Source: Actinomycetales bacterium
GTDB lineage: Bacteria > Actinomycetota > Actinomycetes > Actinomycetales > CAVURS01
Length of the DNA: 48,145 bases
NCBI GenBank assembly: GCA_045807245.1
Contig: JBJMHS010000005.1
Location: forward strand, 1-48,145
Reading direction: 5' to 3'
Positions 18,224 through 27,494 of this stretch are shown piece by piece. How positions within the stretch are numbered: the stretch's first letter is position 1; every line of letters starts with the position of its first letter. Below the pieces are notes generated by a model. It saw only the letters and a list, made by a program, of their open reading frames with translations, was not told the DNA's origin and did not search any database. The position numbers and the translations under genes are program-made.

Positions 18224-19794
18224 AGGCCCGAGCGTACAAACGAACGCCACCAGGTCACGCTGTCCACGGCGGCGGCGGCCGCGCAGAGCAGTCCGAGCGC
18301 GAGGAGAACCCAGCGCAGCTGGTCGGCCGGCAGCAGCAGGGTCAGCGCCGCAACCACGACGACGCGGACCCACCACGGCACGAGGTCGAGCGGGCTGCGG
18401 GCGGCAGCGGCGGACGTACCGGTCAGGCGCCGGCGGTACACCACGTCGTACAGGTGCAGGGCCACGGCGGCGAGGAGCAGGTACGCCGCGGCCAGGGCGC
18501 TGGGGCGGACCAGGCCGACCAGCAGGGCGAGCCCACCCTGCTCGACCGCGCGGACCGCCGCCGGCAGCAGCCAGCCGAGCTCGCCGCGGCGGCGGCCGAG
18601 CCGGCCGGCGAGCGTGTAGAGGCCGGCGATACAGCCGAGGACCAGCAGGACGGCGAGCGCCCACCGGGTGCCGATGGCGACGACCAGGACGCTCAGGATG
18701 ATCGTGCGCTCGCCCACGGGCATGATCACGGCGCGTTTGGCCCACAGCAGAGCCGGTCGCGCGGACGTGCGCTCCGACCAACCGCTGACGACGTCGCCTG
18801 CCGTCACGCCGCTCGCCGCCGCGTAGCCGAAGTCGACGAAGTGCCGGACCACGAGAACCGCGAAGGCGGCCGACGCGAGCCCCCAGGCGCGCGGGCTCGC
18901 TCCCCAGGCCAGGCCGGCGTACACGGCGTACTCCTTGACCCGGTCCGACCCGACGTCCAGCCAGCCGCCCAGTGGGGAGAAGGTCCGGGTGTAGCGCGCG
19001 ACCTCGCCGTCGACGCAGTCCACGACGAGCGACAGCAGCAACAGCACGGAACCGGCGACGCGCCAGCCGAGACCGCCACCCGCGTAGGCCCCGGCCGCGA
19101 GCAACCCCAGCGCGCCGGACACGGCGGTCACGACGTCGGGCCGGACGTCCCGGGCCACCGCCTGCCGGGTCAGCTGCCGAGACAACGGCCGCACCAGGAA
19201 CGTGGACAGGAAGCCGTCGTCGGCACGCGAGGCCCGGTGCAGCCGCAGGGCCGCCTCGTCGACGGCCGCCTCACGCTCCAGCGCTGCCGGCAGGTCGCCG
19301 GCGCCGAACACGGCGTGGACCGGGAACGACCCGGACGGTACGACGCGGACCGCGCGGTCGCGAGCGCGCAGCTCGCCGGACAGGACGCTCAGGGCCAGCC
19401 CGGCGGGTGCCACGTGCAGGGACCGCGCCGCGGCCTCGACGGCCTCGACGTCGCCCAGCGCGGACTCGTCCAGCCGCACACCGATGGCCCGGCTGCTGGC
19501 GTCGTCGGTCAGGACGGCCGGCTGGTCGCGCGGGTCGGCCACCAGGTCGCCGTACGTCGTGGGGAGAGCGAGCGCCGACGCGTCGATGAGGCACAGTGTC
19601 GGGCCGCCCGCCCGCAGCAGCTCGGCGATGCCGTCGCCTCCGGAGACCGTGCCCTCCAAGAAGCCGGCCTCGGCGACGGCGCGCTCGCCGACCATCTCGT
19701 CGAGGGACCGGCCGTCGGGCAGCGAGATCTGGCTGGCCGCAGTGGCACCCGGACGCGGGTCGAGCACGAGCACGACGCGCGGCCCGGCGGTCAT
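18220..19794 (-). CDS. CDP-alcohol phosphotransferase with N-terminal soluble domain and C-terminal DUF5941-like region
   Basis: DDGFLSTFLVRPLS, DCVDGEVARYTRTFSPLGGWLDVGSDRVKEY, MPVGER, ALHLYDVVYRRR. Confidence 0.82.
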   Translation of the reverse strand: MTAGPRVVLVLDPRPGATAASQISLPDGRSLDEMVGERAVAEAGFLEGTVSGGDGIAELLRAGGPTLCLIDASALALPTTYGDLVADPRDQPAVLTDDASSRAIGVRLDESALGDVEAVEAAARSLHVAPAGLALSVLSGELRARDRAVRVVPSGSFPVHAVFGAGDLPAALEREAAVDEAALRLHRASRADDGFLSTFLVRPLSRQLTRQAVARDVRPDVVTAVSGALGLLAAGAYAGGGLGWRVAGSVLLLLSLVVDCVDGEVARYTRTFSPLGGWLDVGSDRVKEYAVYAGLAWGASPRAWGLASAAFAVLVVRHFVDFGYAAASGVTAGDVVSGWSERTSARPALLWAKRAVIMPVGERTIILSVLVVAIGTRWALAVLLVLGCIAGLYTLAGRLGRRRGELGWLLPAAVRAVEQGGLALLVGLVRPSALAAAYLLLAAVALHLYDVVYRRRLTGTSAAAARSPLDLVPWWVRVVVVAALTLLLPADQLRWVLLALGLLCAAAAAVDSVTWWRSFVRSGL

Positions 19795-20537
19795 CGCGCG
19801 TGGCGTCCGATGTCGTCGTTGTAGGCCTGCAGCGTCTCCTCGATCGGGCCGTCGGCGACGAGCTCGCCCTCCCGTAGGTAAAGCCCCCGCGAACAGAACC
19901 GGCGCAGGTCGGCCTCACTGTGCGAGACGAGGAATAGCGTCCGGCGGTCATCGTTGATGATCTCGTCCATGCGCGCGTAGCACTTCTCGCGGAACCGCTT
20001 GTCCCCCACCGCCAGCACCTCGTCGACCAGGATGATCGGCTCGTCGAGGGTCGTGATCACCGAGAAGCCGAGCCGCACCTGCATGCCGCTGGAGAAGTGA
20101 CGGAACGGCGTATCGAGGAAGTCGCCGATCTCGGCGAACTCGACGATGTCGTCGAAGCGCTCCTCGATCTGCTTGCGGGACAAGCCATGCAGGCCGGCGG
20201 TGAGCCAGATGTTGTCGCGGGCGGTCAGGTCGCCGACGAAGCCGCCCTTGAGCTCGATCAGCGGTGCTACTCCGGCTTTCACCGCGGAGCGGCCCTCGTC
20301 CGGGATGAGTACGCCTGCGATGAGCTTCAGCAGGGTGCTCTTGCCGCAGCCGTTCGCGCCGACCAGGCCGACGGACTCGCCGGCGTGGACGTCGAAGGAG
20401 ACGTTGCGCAGCGCCCAGAAGCGACCTTTGGGGGCGGAGGTGTGGCCGGTGAACAGCAGCTCGCGCATCCGCAGCTTGCGGCGCCGGTTGCGGTGGAACT
20501 CGATGCCCAGTTCACGGGCCTCGATGATGGAGGTCAC
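19791..20537 (-). CDS. Polysaccharide/teichoic-acid ABC exporter ATP-binding subunit (TagH/Wzt-like)
   Basis: GANGCGKST, FSSGMQVRLGF, IILVDEVLAVGD, VSH. Confidence 0.92.
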   Translation of the reverse strand: MTSIIEARELGIEFHRNRRRKLRMRELLFTGHTSAPKGRFWALRNVSFDVHAGESVGLVGANGCGKSTLLKLIAGVLIPDEGRSAVKAGVAPLIELKGGFVGDLTARDNIWLTAGLHGLSRKQIEERFDDIVEFAEIGDFLDTPFRHFSSGMQVRLGFSVITTLDEPIILVDEVLAVGDKRFREKCYARMDEIINDDRRTLFLVSHSEADLRRFCSRGLYLREGELVADGPIEETLQAYNDDIGRHAR

Positions 20538-21329
20538 TCAGATCTCCTTGAGGACAGCAGGTTCGAGCCGGTTGAAGACGTACAGACCCGCCACCAGTGT
20601 CAGCGCACTGATGACAGCCGAGGCCAACAGGAAGCTCCACCCCGCGAACTGCGAGGGAAAGCCCAGTGCGCGGTAACACTCGATGATCCCGGTGAGCGGG
20701 TTGAACATGAAGACGAAGCGCTGCTTCTCGTCGAGGCTCTGCAGCCCGTAGACGATCGGCGAGGTGTAGAACCCGACCCGCAGGGCGATCCGGACGAGCC
20801 GTTGCAGGTCGCGCACGATCACGGTCAGGGCCGAGAGGGCCAGGCCGATCCCGGTCAGCAGCATCGCTTCGAGCAGCAGCCCGACCGGGTAGAGATAGAT
20901 GTACCTCGACGGCGCCACCTTGTAGATCGCCATGAAGAAGGCCACGACCGGCAACGAGTAGCAGTACTCCAGACCCTTCGCGCCCACCGTCTTGAGGATC
21001 CAGATCTCGCGCGGGATGTTCGTCGAGACGACCAGCCGGCTGTCGGTGACGAGCGCCTTCGTCCCGTCCGACACCGTCGACGAGAACCACTGCCAGGCCA
21101 GCAGGCCGAGGATGAGGAACACGATGTACGGCTGCTCGCCGCGCGCGTTGCGGTGGAACACCTGGGTGAAGACGAACCAGTACACCCCCGTCATGAGCAG
21201 CGGGTCGAGAACGGTCCAGATATAGCCGAGGAAGGAGCCGGCGTAGCGGACCTTCAGGTCGCGGACGATGAGCAGCCAGAGGATTCGCCGGTAGGCGACG
21301 ACGGCTTGGGTGCGTCGCACCAGAAGCAT
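20538..21329 (-). CDS. Polysaccharide/teichoic-acid ABC exporter permease (TagG/Wzm-like)
   Basis: RDLKVRYAGSFLGYIWTVLDPL, FYTSPIVY, FNPLTGIIE. GAGGAG SD precedes ATG 21329; alternative start 21350. Confidence 0.92.
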   Translation of the reverse strand: MLLVRRTQAVVAYRRILWLLIVRDLKVRYAGSFLGYIWTVLDPLLMTGVYWFVFTQVFHRNARGEQPYIVFLILGLLAWQWFSSTVSDGTKALVTDSRLVVSTNIPREIWILKTVGAKGLEYCYSLPVVAFFMAIYKVAPSRYIYLYPVGLLLEAMLLTGIGLALSALTVIVRDLQRLVRIALRVGFYTSPIVYGLQSLDEKQRFVFMFNPLTGIIECYRALGFPSQFAGWSFLLASAVISALTLVAGLYVFNRLEPAVLKEI

Positions 21330-21524
21330 GTTGTCCGCACTCCTCACCACTGCAGGTCATCACCTGCTGCGCCCCGACGGGCCGCCTCCCAACCCGCGTG
21401 GGGCACCGGCCCGGAAGTTATCACGCTGAGCACGGCGGTCCGGCGTACGACCCGCGCCTCGGTAGCCTGTCCGGCGACGTCAGGCGATGGCCAGGGGATG
21501 TCCAGGCCGGTTCAGGGAGAGCGT

Positions 21525-22235
21525 GTGAGCAACGACACCGTCCAGGTGACCATCCTGGCCGCCGGGATGGGCACCCGGCTCGGCCGGCCCTTCCCCAAGC
21601 CCTTGACCCGCCTCGCCGACGGACGCAGCATCCTGGCCCAGCAGCTCGACAACGTGGCCGCTGCGTTCGGTGACGCGAAGGTGCAGATCGTCGTCGGCTT
21701 CAAGCTCGAGCTCGTCATGGAGGCGGCTCCTGACGCCGTCTTCGTCTACAACGAGAGCTACGACCAGACGAACACCTGCAAGAGCCTGCTCAAGGCTCTG
21801 CGCTCGTCGCACGACGGCGGCGTGGTCTGGATGAACGGCGACGTGGTGTTCGACGCCGAGGTGCTGCGCCGCCTGGCGCCGTACATCGCCTCCGACCAGT
21901 CCGTCATCGCGGTCAACACGTCCGCGGTCGCGGAGGAGGAGGTGAAGTACACGGTCGACGGGGCCGGACATGTCGACGCGCTGTCCAAGTCCGTGCCGAA
22001 CGCGTTGGGTGAGGCGGTCGGCATCAACTTCGTTGCCGGGCAAGAGAAGGACGCCCTGGTACGGCGTCTGGACGAGTGCGACGAGCAGGACTACTTCGAA
22101 CGAGGGATCGAGCTGGCCATCGCCGGGGACGGGATGAAGGTCTCACCGGTCGACATCTCAGACCTTTTCGCCGTCGAGGTGGACTTCGAGGAGGACCTGA
22201 CCCGGGCCAACGAGGTACGGCAGAGCCGACCCTGA
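21525..22235 (+). CDS. NTP transferase, LicC/phosphocholine-cytidylyltransferase-like family
   Basis: Start GTG 21525 after AGGGAG. ILAAGMGTRLGRPFPKPL, YDQTNTCKSL, MNGDVVFD, EVDFEEDL. Confidence 0.85.
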   Translation: MSNDTVQVTILAAGMGTRLGRPFPKPLTRLADGRSILAQQLDNVAAAFGDAKVQIVVGFKLELVMEAAPDAVFVYNESYDQTNTCKSLLKALRSSHDGGVVWMNGDVVFDAEVLRRLAPYIASDQSVIAVNTSAVAEEEVKYTVDGAGHVDALSKSVPNALGEAVGINFVAGQEKDALVRRLDECDEQDYFERGIELAIAGDGMKVSPVDISDLFAVEVDFEEDLTRANEVRQSRP

Positions 22236-22292
22236 AACCCGGTCGAAAGGCTGGTTTAACCCAGCGCGGTTAGCCTGATTCGGCGAACCAGC

Positions 22293-23738
22293 ATGACAGG
22301 AGCCTCCCCGATGGTCGGTCGTGCGCTGCGCAACGTCGCCGCAGCGCGAACGTCGCCACGCCTGCTCGCCGCCGCGTCGCGACTCGCGCACGGTGAGAGC
22401 GGGCCCCAGCGCTGGGTCCGGCGCCGGTTCGCGGCGTCGCCGGCCAACTCCGTCGAGGTCACGACCTTCTCGGCGCTCGAGACGCTCGACCTGAACCGCC
22501 GCACCGCCCGAGCCTTGCTGGACCGGGCCGGCGTGCCGTACGACGCGCCCGAGCCCCCGGTCATGCACCGCGCCCAGATCGTGGTGGGGAGCGACGACGC
22601 CCCAGCGGCGCGGTCCGCCCTGGCCTCGGGGCCGCCCGGGCTGCACGTGACCGAGTCCGCCGCCGGTGAGCTGCGGGTCTGGACGCGGCAGGTGGTCGGC
22701 GACCTCCAGCTGGCCGGCCCAGACCTGGGGTGCGACGTACGGCTGGACGGCCGCACCGGCACCGAGGCCGGCGATCCGCCGATCCCGTTCCCCGTGGACG
22801 CCGTCTACACCTGGGTGGACGGCTCCGACCCGGCCTGGCGCGAGCGGCAGCGCGCCGCGCAGACGTCGAGCGCCGACGGCAGCCGGCACACGCTGTCCGC
22901 CAACGTGTCCCGCTACGCGTCGCGCGAGGAGCTGCGCTACTCGTTGCGGTCGCTCGAGATGTACGCCGGGTGGGTCCGCCACGTGTACCTCGTGACCGAC
23001 GCGCAGGTGCCGCCCTGGCTCAGGACGGACCACCCGAAGGTCACGGTCGTCGACCATCGCGAGATCTTCCCGGCCGACGGCGCGGGCCTGCCGACGTTCA
23101 ACTCGCATGCGATCGAGGCGCGGTTGCACCACGTCCCGGGCCTGGCCGACCACTACCTCTACCTCAACGACGACGTGTTCTTCGGCCGGCCGGTCGCACC
23201 CGAGCTGTTCTTCGTCGCCGACGGATCCACCAGGTTCTTCCGTACGCCGGCCGACCTGACCGACGTCGCCGCCTCGGCGGGTGACCGCCCGGTCGACGCC
23301 GCCGCCAAGACCAGCCGCGACCTGATCCGCCGCGACTTCGGGCAGACGCTGGCCTGGAAGTACCAGCACGTCGCGCACCCCCAGCGTCGCGACGTCATGG
23401 ACGACATGGAGAGCCGGTACCGGGCGGAGCTGGACCGGACGGTCCGCTCGCCCTTCCGCAGCCCGGACGACGTGTCGGCCGCTGCGTCGCTGGCCCACGC
23501 CTACGGCTTCGTCACCGGGAGGTCCGTCGCCGGCCACCTCACGTATGTGTACTGCGACATCGCCGAGCGGCGAGCGCCGATCAAGCTCACCCGGCTGGCC
23601 CGGCACCGCGACGCCGACATGTTCTGCCTGAACGACGTGGGGGACCCGACCCGCGCCGCGCATGACCCCGAGCGGCTGCTCGCGGACTTCCTGCGCGGCT
23701 ACTTCCCCCTGCCGAGCAGCTTCGAGGTCGCGGTCTGA
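22293..23738 (+). CDS. Stealth family hexose-1-phosphate transferase
   Basis: CR1 VDAVYTWVDGSDPAW, CR2 EELRYSLRS...FNSHAIE...YLNDDVFF, CR4 FCLND. Confidence 0.92.
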   Translation: MTGASPMVGRALRNVAAARTSPRLLAAASRLAHGESGPQRWVRRRFAASPANSVEVTTFSALETLDLNRRTARALLDRAGVPYDAPEPPVMHRAQIVVGSDDAPAARSALASGPPGLHVTESAAGELRVWTRQVVGDLQLAGPDLGCDVRLDGRTGTEAGDPPIPFPVDAVYTWVDGSDPAWRERQRAAQTSSADGSRHTLSANVSRYASREELRYSLRSLEMYAGWVRHVYLVTDAQVPPWLRTDHPKVTVVDHREIFPADGAGLPTFNSHAIEARLHHVPGLADHYLYLNDDVFFGRPVAPELFFVADGSTRFFRTPADLTDVAASAGDRPVDAAAKTSRDLIRRDFGQTLAWKYQHVAHPQRRDVMDDMESRYRAELDRTVRSPFRSPDDVSAAASLAHAYGFVTGRSVAGHLTYVYCDIAERRAPIKLTRLARHRDADMFCLNDVGDPTRAAHDPERLLADFLRGYFPLPSSFEVAV

Positions 23739-25357
23739 TGGTCTTCAGCAGCGCGGTCTTCCTGTTCGCCTTCCTACCCTTGGCGCTGGCCCTGTACTAC
23801 GTCGTACCGGCTCGCTGGCGGGCAGCGCCCCTGCTGCTGACGAGCGCGGTGTTCTACGCGTGGGGCGAGCCGGTCCTCGTCGTGCTGATCCTGCTCACCG
23901 GGCTGTTCACGTACAGCTGGGGCCGCTTGCTGGCCGAGACGGAACGTCCCGGCGCGCGCCGCGCCCTGCTGGTGGTCGGGATCGTGGTCGACCTGGTGCC
24001 GATCGCGGTCTTCAAGTACCTGGACTTCGTCCTGGTCACCGTCGGGCTCGGCCGGACCGCCGAGAACCACCACCTGCCGCTGCCGATCGGGGTGTCGTTC
24101 TACACCTTCATGGCCGTCGGCTACCTGGTCGACATCTACCGTCGCCCCGACGCCGGCGCACCACGGCTCCTGGCGTTCAGCGGGTTCCTCACCATGTTCC
24201 CCCACCTCGTCGCCGGACCCATCGTGCGCTGGTACGACATCGGACCGCAGCTCGAGAAACCGCGCTTCGACCCCGGTCTGTTCGGGTACGGCGCGCTGCG
24301 CGTTTCCTCCGGCCTGGTGAAGAAGTCCGTGCTGGCCGACAGCCTGGCGGTCGAGGTGGACCGCCTGTTCGCCACCGGCGCGCCGACGTCGACCGGTGCG
24401 GCGTGGGTGGGCGCGGTGCTGTACAGCCTGCAGATCTACCTGGACTTCTCGGCGTACAGCGACATCGCCATCGGGCTGGCCGCGATGCTCGGCATCCGGT
24501 TCCCCGAGAACTTCCGCTTCCCGTACGTCGCCCGGTCCGCGCGCGAGTTCTGGCAGCGGTGGCACATCTCGCTCGGCTCGTGGTTCCGCGACTACCTGTA
24601 CGTCCCGCTCGGCGGCTCGCGGGTCGGGCGGCTGCTGCTGTGGCGCAACCTGTTGGTGGTCTGGGGTGTCACGGGGCTCTGGCACGGAGCGGCCTGGACG
24701 TTCGTCGTGTGGGGTCTGTACTTCGGCGTCGTCATCGGTCTCGAACGCTCCTGGTACGGCGACGCCCTGGCCCGGCTGCCGCGCGTGGTCCAGCACGCGT
24801 ACGGCCTGCTGGTCGCGGTCGTCGGCTGGGTGATCTTCCGCAGCTCCTCGCTCCACCAGGTCGGCGAGTACTACCGGGCGATGGCCGGCCTCGGCGGCCG
24901 GGCGTGGGACGCCTCGGCGACGTACTCGCTGGAGCAGACCTGGGTCATCGTGCTGCTCGGCGTCGTCCTGTCCGCCGGCGCGGCCCGGCCGCTGATGGAC
25001 CGGATCGAGCGAAACATGGCGGGTCGTGCGGCCGGCGAGGGCGAGGCGGCCCCCCTGGACACCGCGATGGCGAGCGCTCCGACGGTCATCGCCCTGCCCC
25101 GTCCCCGCCCGCGCAGTCCCGGCCCTTCGTCGGAGGGCCAGGGTGGCGTGGCCCAGCTGGAGCGGGTCGGCATCACCACCGAGCAGCTGACCGTCGTGGT
25201 CGCCTCCGAAGCTGCGGCTCCTGAGCCGGAGCCGCGACGCCGCCTCGGCGCCGGCCTCGCGGTCGGGGTGACGGTCCTCGTGGCCGCGTTCCTGGCCATC
25301 ACGACGGCGTTCGTCGTCTCCGTCTCCTACTCCCCGTTCATCTACTTCCGGTTCTGA
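23738..25357 (+). CDS. MBOAT O-acyltransferase, AlgI/PatA-like
   Basis: MVFSS..FLF.FLP, LPIGVSFYTF, QIYLDFSAYSDIAIG, FWQRWHISLGSWFRDYLYVPLGG, GLWHGA, C-terminal PFIYFRF. Confidence 0.92.
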   Translation: MVFSSAVFLFAFLPLALALYYVVPARWRAAPLLLTSAVFYAWGEPVLVVLILLTGLFTYSWGRLLAETERPGARRALLVVGIVVDLVPIAVFKYLDFVLVTVGLGRTAENHHLPLPIGVSFYTFMAVGYLVDIYRRPDAGAPRLLAFSGFLTMFPHLVAGPIVRWYDIGPQLEKPRFDPGLFGYGALRVSSGLVKKSVLADSLAVEVDRLFATGAPTSTGAAWVGAVLYSLQIYLDFSAYSDIAIGLAAMLGIRFPENFRFPYVARSAREFWQRWHISLGSWFRDYLYVPLGGSRVGRLLLWRNLLVVWGVTGLWHGAAWTFVVWGLYFGVVIGLERSWYGDALARLPRVVQHAYGLLVAVVGWVIFRSSSLHQVGEYYRAMAGLGGRAWDASATYSLEQTWVIVLLGVVLSAGAARPLMDRIERNMAGRAAGEGEAAPLDTAMASAPTVIALPRPRPRSPGPSSEGQGGVAQLERVGITTEQLTVVVASEAAAPEPEPRRRLGAGLAVGVTVLVAAFLAITTAFVVSVSYSPFIYFRF

Positions 25358-25371
25358 ACAGGTCGCTCGGC

Positions 25372-26610
25372 ATGCCACTGCCCACCAAGCTCCGCGCCGT
25401 ACTGCTCCCAGCGCTGCCCGGCGTGCTGCTGGTCGGCTTCGTCGCCGCAGTCGGCGTCGGTGCGGCCACAGGCCGGCAGCACGGCAATTCGGTGCTGGAC
25501 GGCCGCCCGCTCTCGACGTTCCGAGACCCGACGCTGAGGTCGCTCGAGAACGGCACCTGGATGAGCTCGACCGAGACCTGGCTCGACGACCACGTCCCGG
25601 GCCGCGAGCGCTGGCTCGAGCTGCACTCCACGCTGGTCCGTGAGGCCCTGCGGCAGGAAGTGATCAAGGACGTCTACGTGGGGGACCCTCAGGGGCAGCT
25701 GCTGCAGGACCTCTTGCCGATGCGCGTCCGGCCGAGCGTGGCGACGAACGCGGCGACCCTCGCCCGGGAGGTCCACGCGCTCGGCGTACCGACGATGAGC
25801 GTGTACCTCCCGCGCCGGGAGGAGGTGTTCGCCGACCGCCTGCCGGCCGCGTGGCCGCGCTCGCTCGAGCAGTCGAAGGCAGCGTTCGAGCAGGCGCTGA
25901 GCCGCTTCGGGCCGCTGCTCGACCTGACCGACGTCATGTCCGACCCCGCCCGGCGGGACAGCTACTACTGGCGCACCGACCACCACTGGACCGGCGCGGG
26001 GGCCCTGACGGCGCTAGATGCGATCACGGCCAAGGCGGCGACGCTCGGGGTCGACATCCCCGCGGACACCCGGGCGTATGCGACACACACGTACGGCCGC
26101 TACTACGGCAGCCTGGGGCGGATCGTGACGGCCGGCGGCACGCCCCGCCCGGACCGGTTCGCGGTGCCGCTGCCTCCGACGTTCCGGGCCCGGCTGTGCC
26201 GGAACGGCTCGTGCAACGAGCCCACGTTCGTCAGGGCGAACGCCGCGGACCCGGCCCGGTACGCCAACCGGTACCGCGCCTTCGCCGGCGGGGACGTCGG
26301 GTACCAGCGGTTCGAGAACCCGAGCCCCGCGGCGCACGGGACGGTGCTGCTGATCAAGGACTCGTTCGGCGACGCACTCTCGATGTACCTGGCCGAGCGC
26401 GTCTCGACCCTGGTCACGATCGACGAGCGGCACTACGCGGGCCCGGATATCCGCAAGATCGTCGCCGCGCAGCATCCGGACCTGGTCATCCTGATGCACA
26501 ACCAGGTCAGCGTGCTGGGCAACACCCTGTTCGACTCCCGGATCTGGGTGGACGCAGCAGCGGCGGAGGCCGCACGGCGGGCCAAGCCCGGTGAGGCCGG
26601 CGACGGCTGA
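25372..26610 (+). CDS. DHHW family (AlgJ/AlgX-like) O-acetyltransferase partner
   Basis: N-terminal TM, YYWRTDHHWT, LLIKDSFG. Lies directly after the MBOAT gene. Confidence 0.82.
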   Translation: MPLPTKLRAVLLPALPGVLLVGFVAAVGVGAATGRQHGNSVLDGRPLSTFRDPTLRSLENGTWMSSTETWLDDHVPGRERWLELHSTLVREALRQEVIKDVYVGDPQGQLLQDLLPMRVRPSVATNAATLAREVHALGVPTMSVYLPRREEVFADRLPAAWPRSLEQSKAAFEQALSRFGPLLDLTDVMSDPARRDSYYWRTDHHWTGAGALTALDAITAKAATLGVDIPADTRAYATHTYGRYYGSLGRIVTAGGTPRPDRFAVPLPPTFRARLCRNGSCNEPTFVRANAADPARYANRYRAFAGGDVGYQRFENPSPAAHGTVLLIKDSFGDALSMYLAERVSTLVTIDERHYAGPDIRKIVAAQHPDLVILMHNQVSVLGNTLFDSRIWVDAAAAEAARRAKPGEAGDG

Positions 26611-26617
26611 CCGGCCC

Positions 26618-27355
26618 CTACCCCAAGTCGGCGAACATGGCCCGTACATCGGCCTGGCTCAGGCCCTTCGAGCCACGACGCCGGCGCAGCTCGGCCCAGC
26701 CGGCACTGGCCAGGAGCCGCTCCGGCGTGACGGCGCGCGAGCGCTGCAGGATCTCCGCGGGGACCTTCTGCGGGTCCGGTGCCATCGCGACGTCGCTGAG
26801 CCACTCGTCGTACCCGGGGAGCACCCCGCCCCTCGCAGCGTCGGGAGCCAGCACCAGAACGGTGCCGGTCGGCGTCGTGTCGACGTCGATGAGCACCAGG
26901 TCCGGGCGAAGGTCGCGCAACGCCTGCCCGGCCTTGTAGACGTCGCCCGCCCACTGGTGCGTGTGCCGCCGGCGGGCCGCCTCGTCCACCGAGCGCGGCA
27001 GCATGTCGTCGAGCAGGATGACGCTGGCCGGCGTCGTGAAGCGCTCCACGTTGAGGTAGTCCCGCAGCACGTACTCGGACAGGTGCATCCCGTCGATGAA
27101 CGCCAGGTCCGCCACCGGGAACGGCAGGTGCGCCAGCGGGCTCTTGCGGGCGAAGAACTCATCGCTGGTGGTCCGGGCCAGGTGAACGTCCGCCTCCAGC
27201 TCGGCGACGACCGAGAACTCCGGATCGACCCCGACGCTGGGCACCCGGGACAGCGCCATGCTCGTGCCGAGGTTGATCCCCACCTCCAGGTAGGTCCGCG
27301 GCCGGACGACCTGGTGCAGCTGCTTGAGCAGACCATGGCGGTTCATGGGCGACAC
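26618..27355 (-). CDS. Class I SAM-dependent methyltransferase (Methyltransf_24-like)
   Basis: RPRTYLEVGINLGTS, GVDP, DLAFIDGMHLSEYVLRD, ILLDD. Confidence 0.82.
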   Translation of the reverse strand: MSPMNRHGLLKQLHQVVRPRTYLEVGINLGTSMALSRVPSVGVDPEFSVVAELEADVHLARTTSDEFFARKSPLAHLPFPVADLAFIDGMHLSEYVLRDYLNVERFTTPASVILLDDMLPRSVDEAARRRHTHQWAGDVYKAGQALRDLRPDLVLIDVDTTPTGTVLVLAPDAARGGVLPGYDEWLSDVAMAPDPQKVPAEILQRSRAVTPERLLASAGWAELRRRRGSKGLSQADVRAMFADLG

Positions 27356-27494
27356 CTTGCCCGCTCCGGGACCGGTTCGTCACATCCACCCCCCGCCCCC
27401 ACAGATCCTTCACGTCACCGGCCGCCGGCGGGACGGTGACCTGCCCGGACCTCGGTTAGCCTGACGATCGACGATCCGACGGTGGAGAGGCGGC

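Noticed and set aside
20097..22235. Apparent 712-aa fusion ending in the NTP transferase
   Set aside because: The N-terminal part is antisense to wzm/wzt. The real gene starts at GTG 21525 with an SD.
21525..22235. Phosphonate or phosphocholine (lic) decoration pathway
   Set aside because: No PEP mutase, decarboxylase, choline kinase or LicD gene is seen in the window, so the substrate cannot be assigned.
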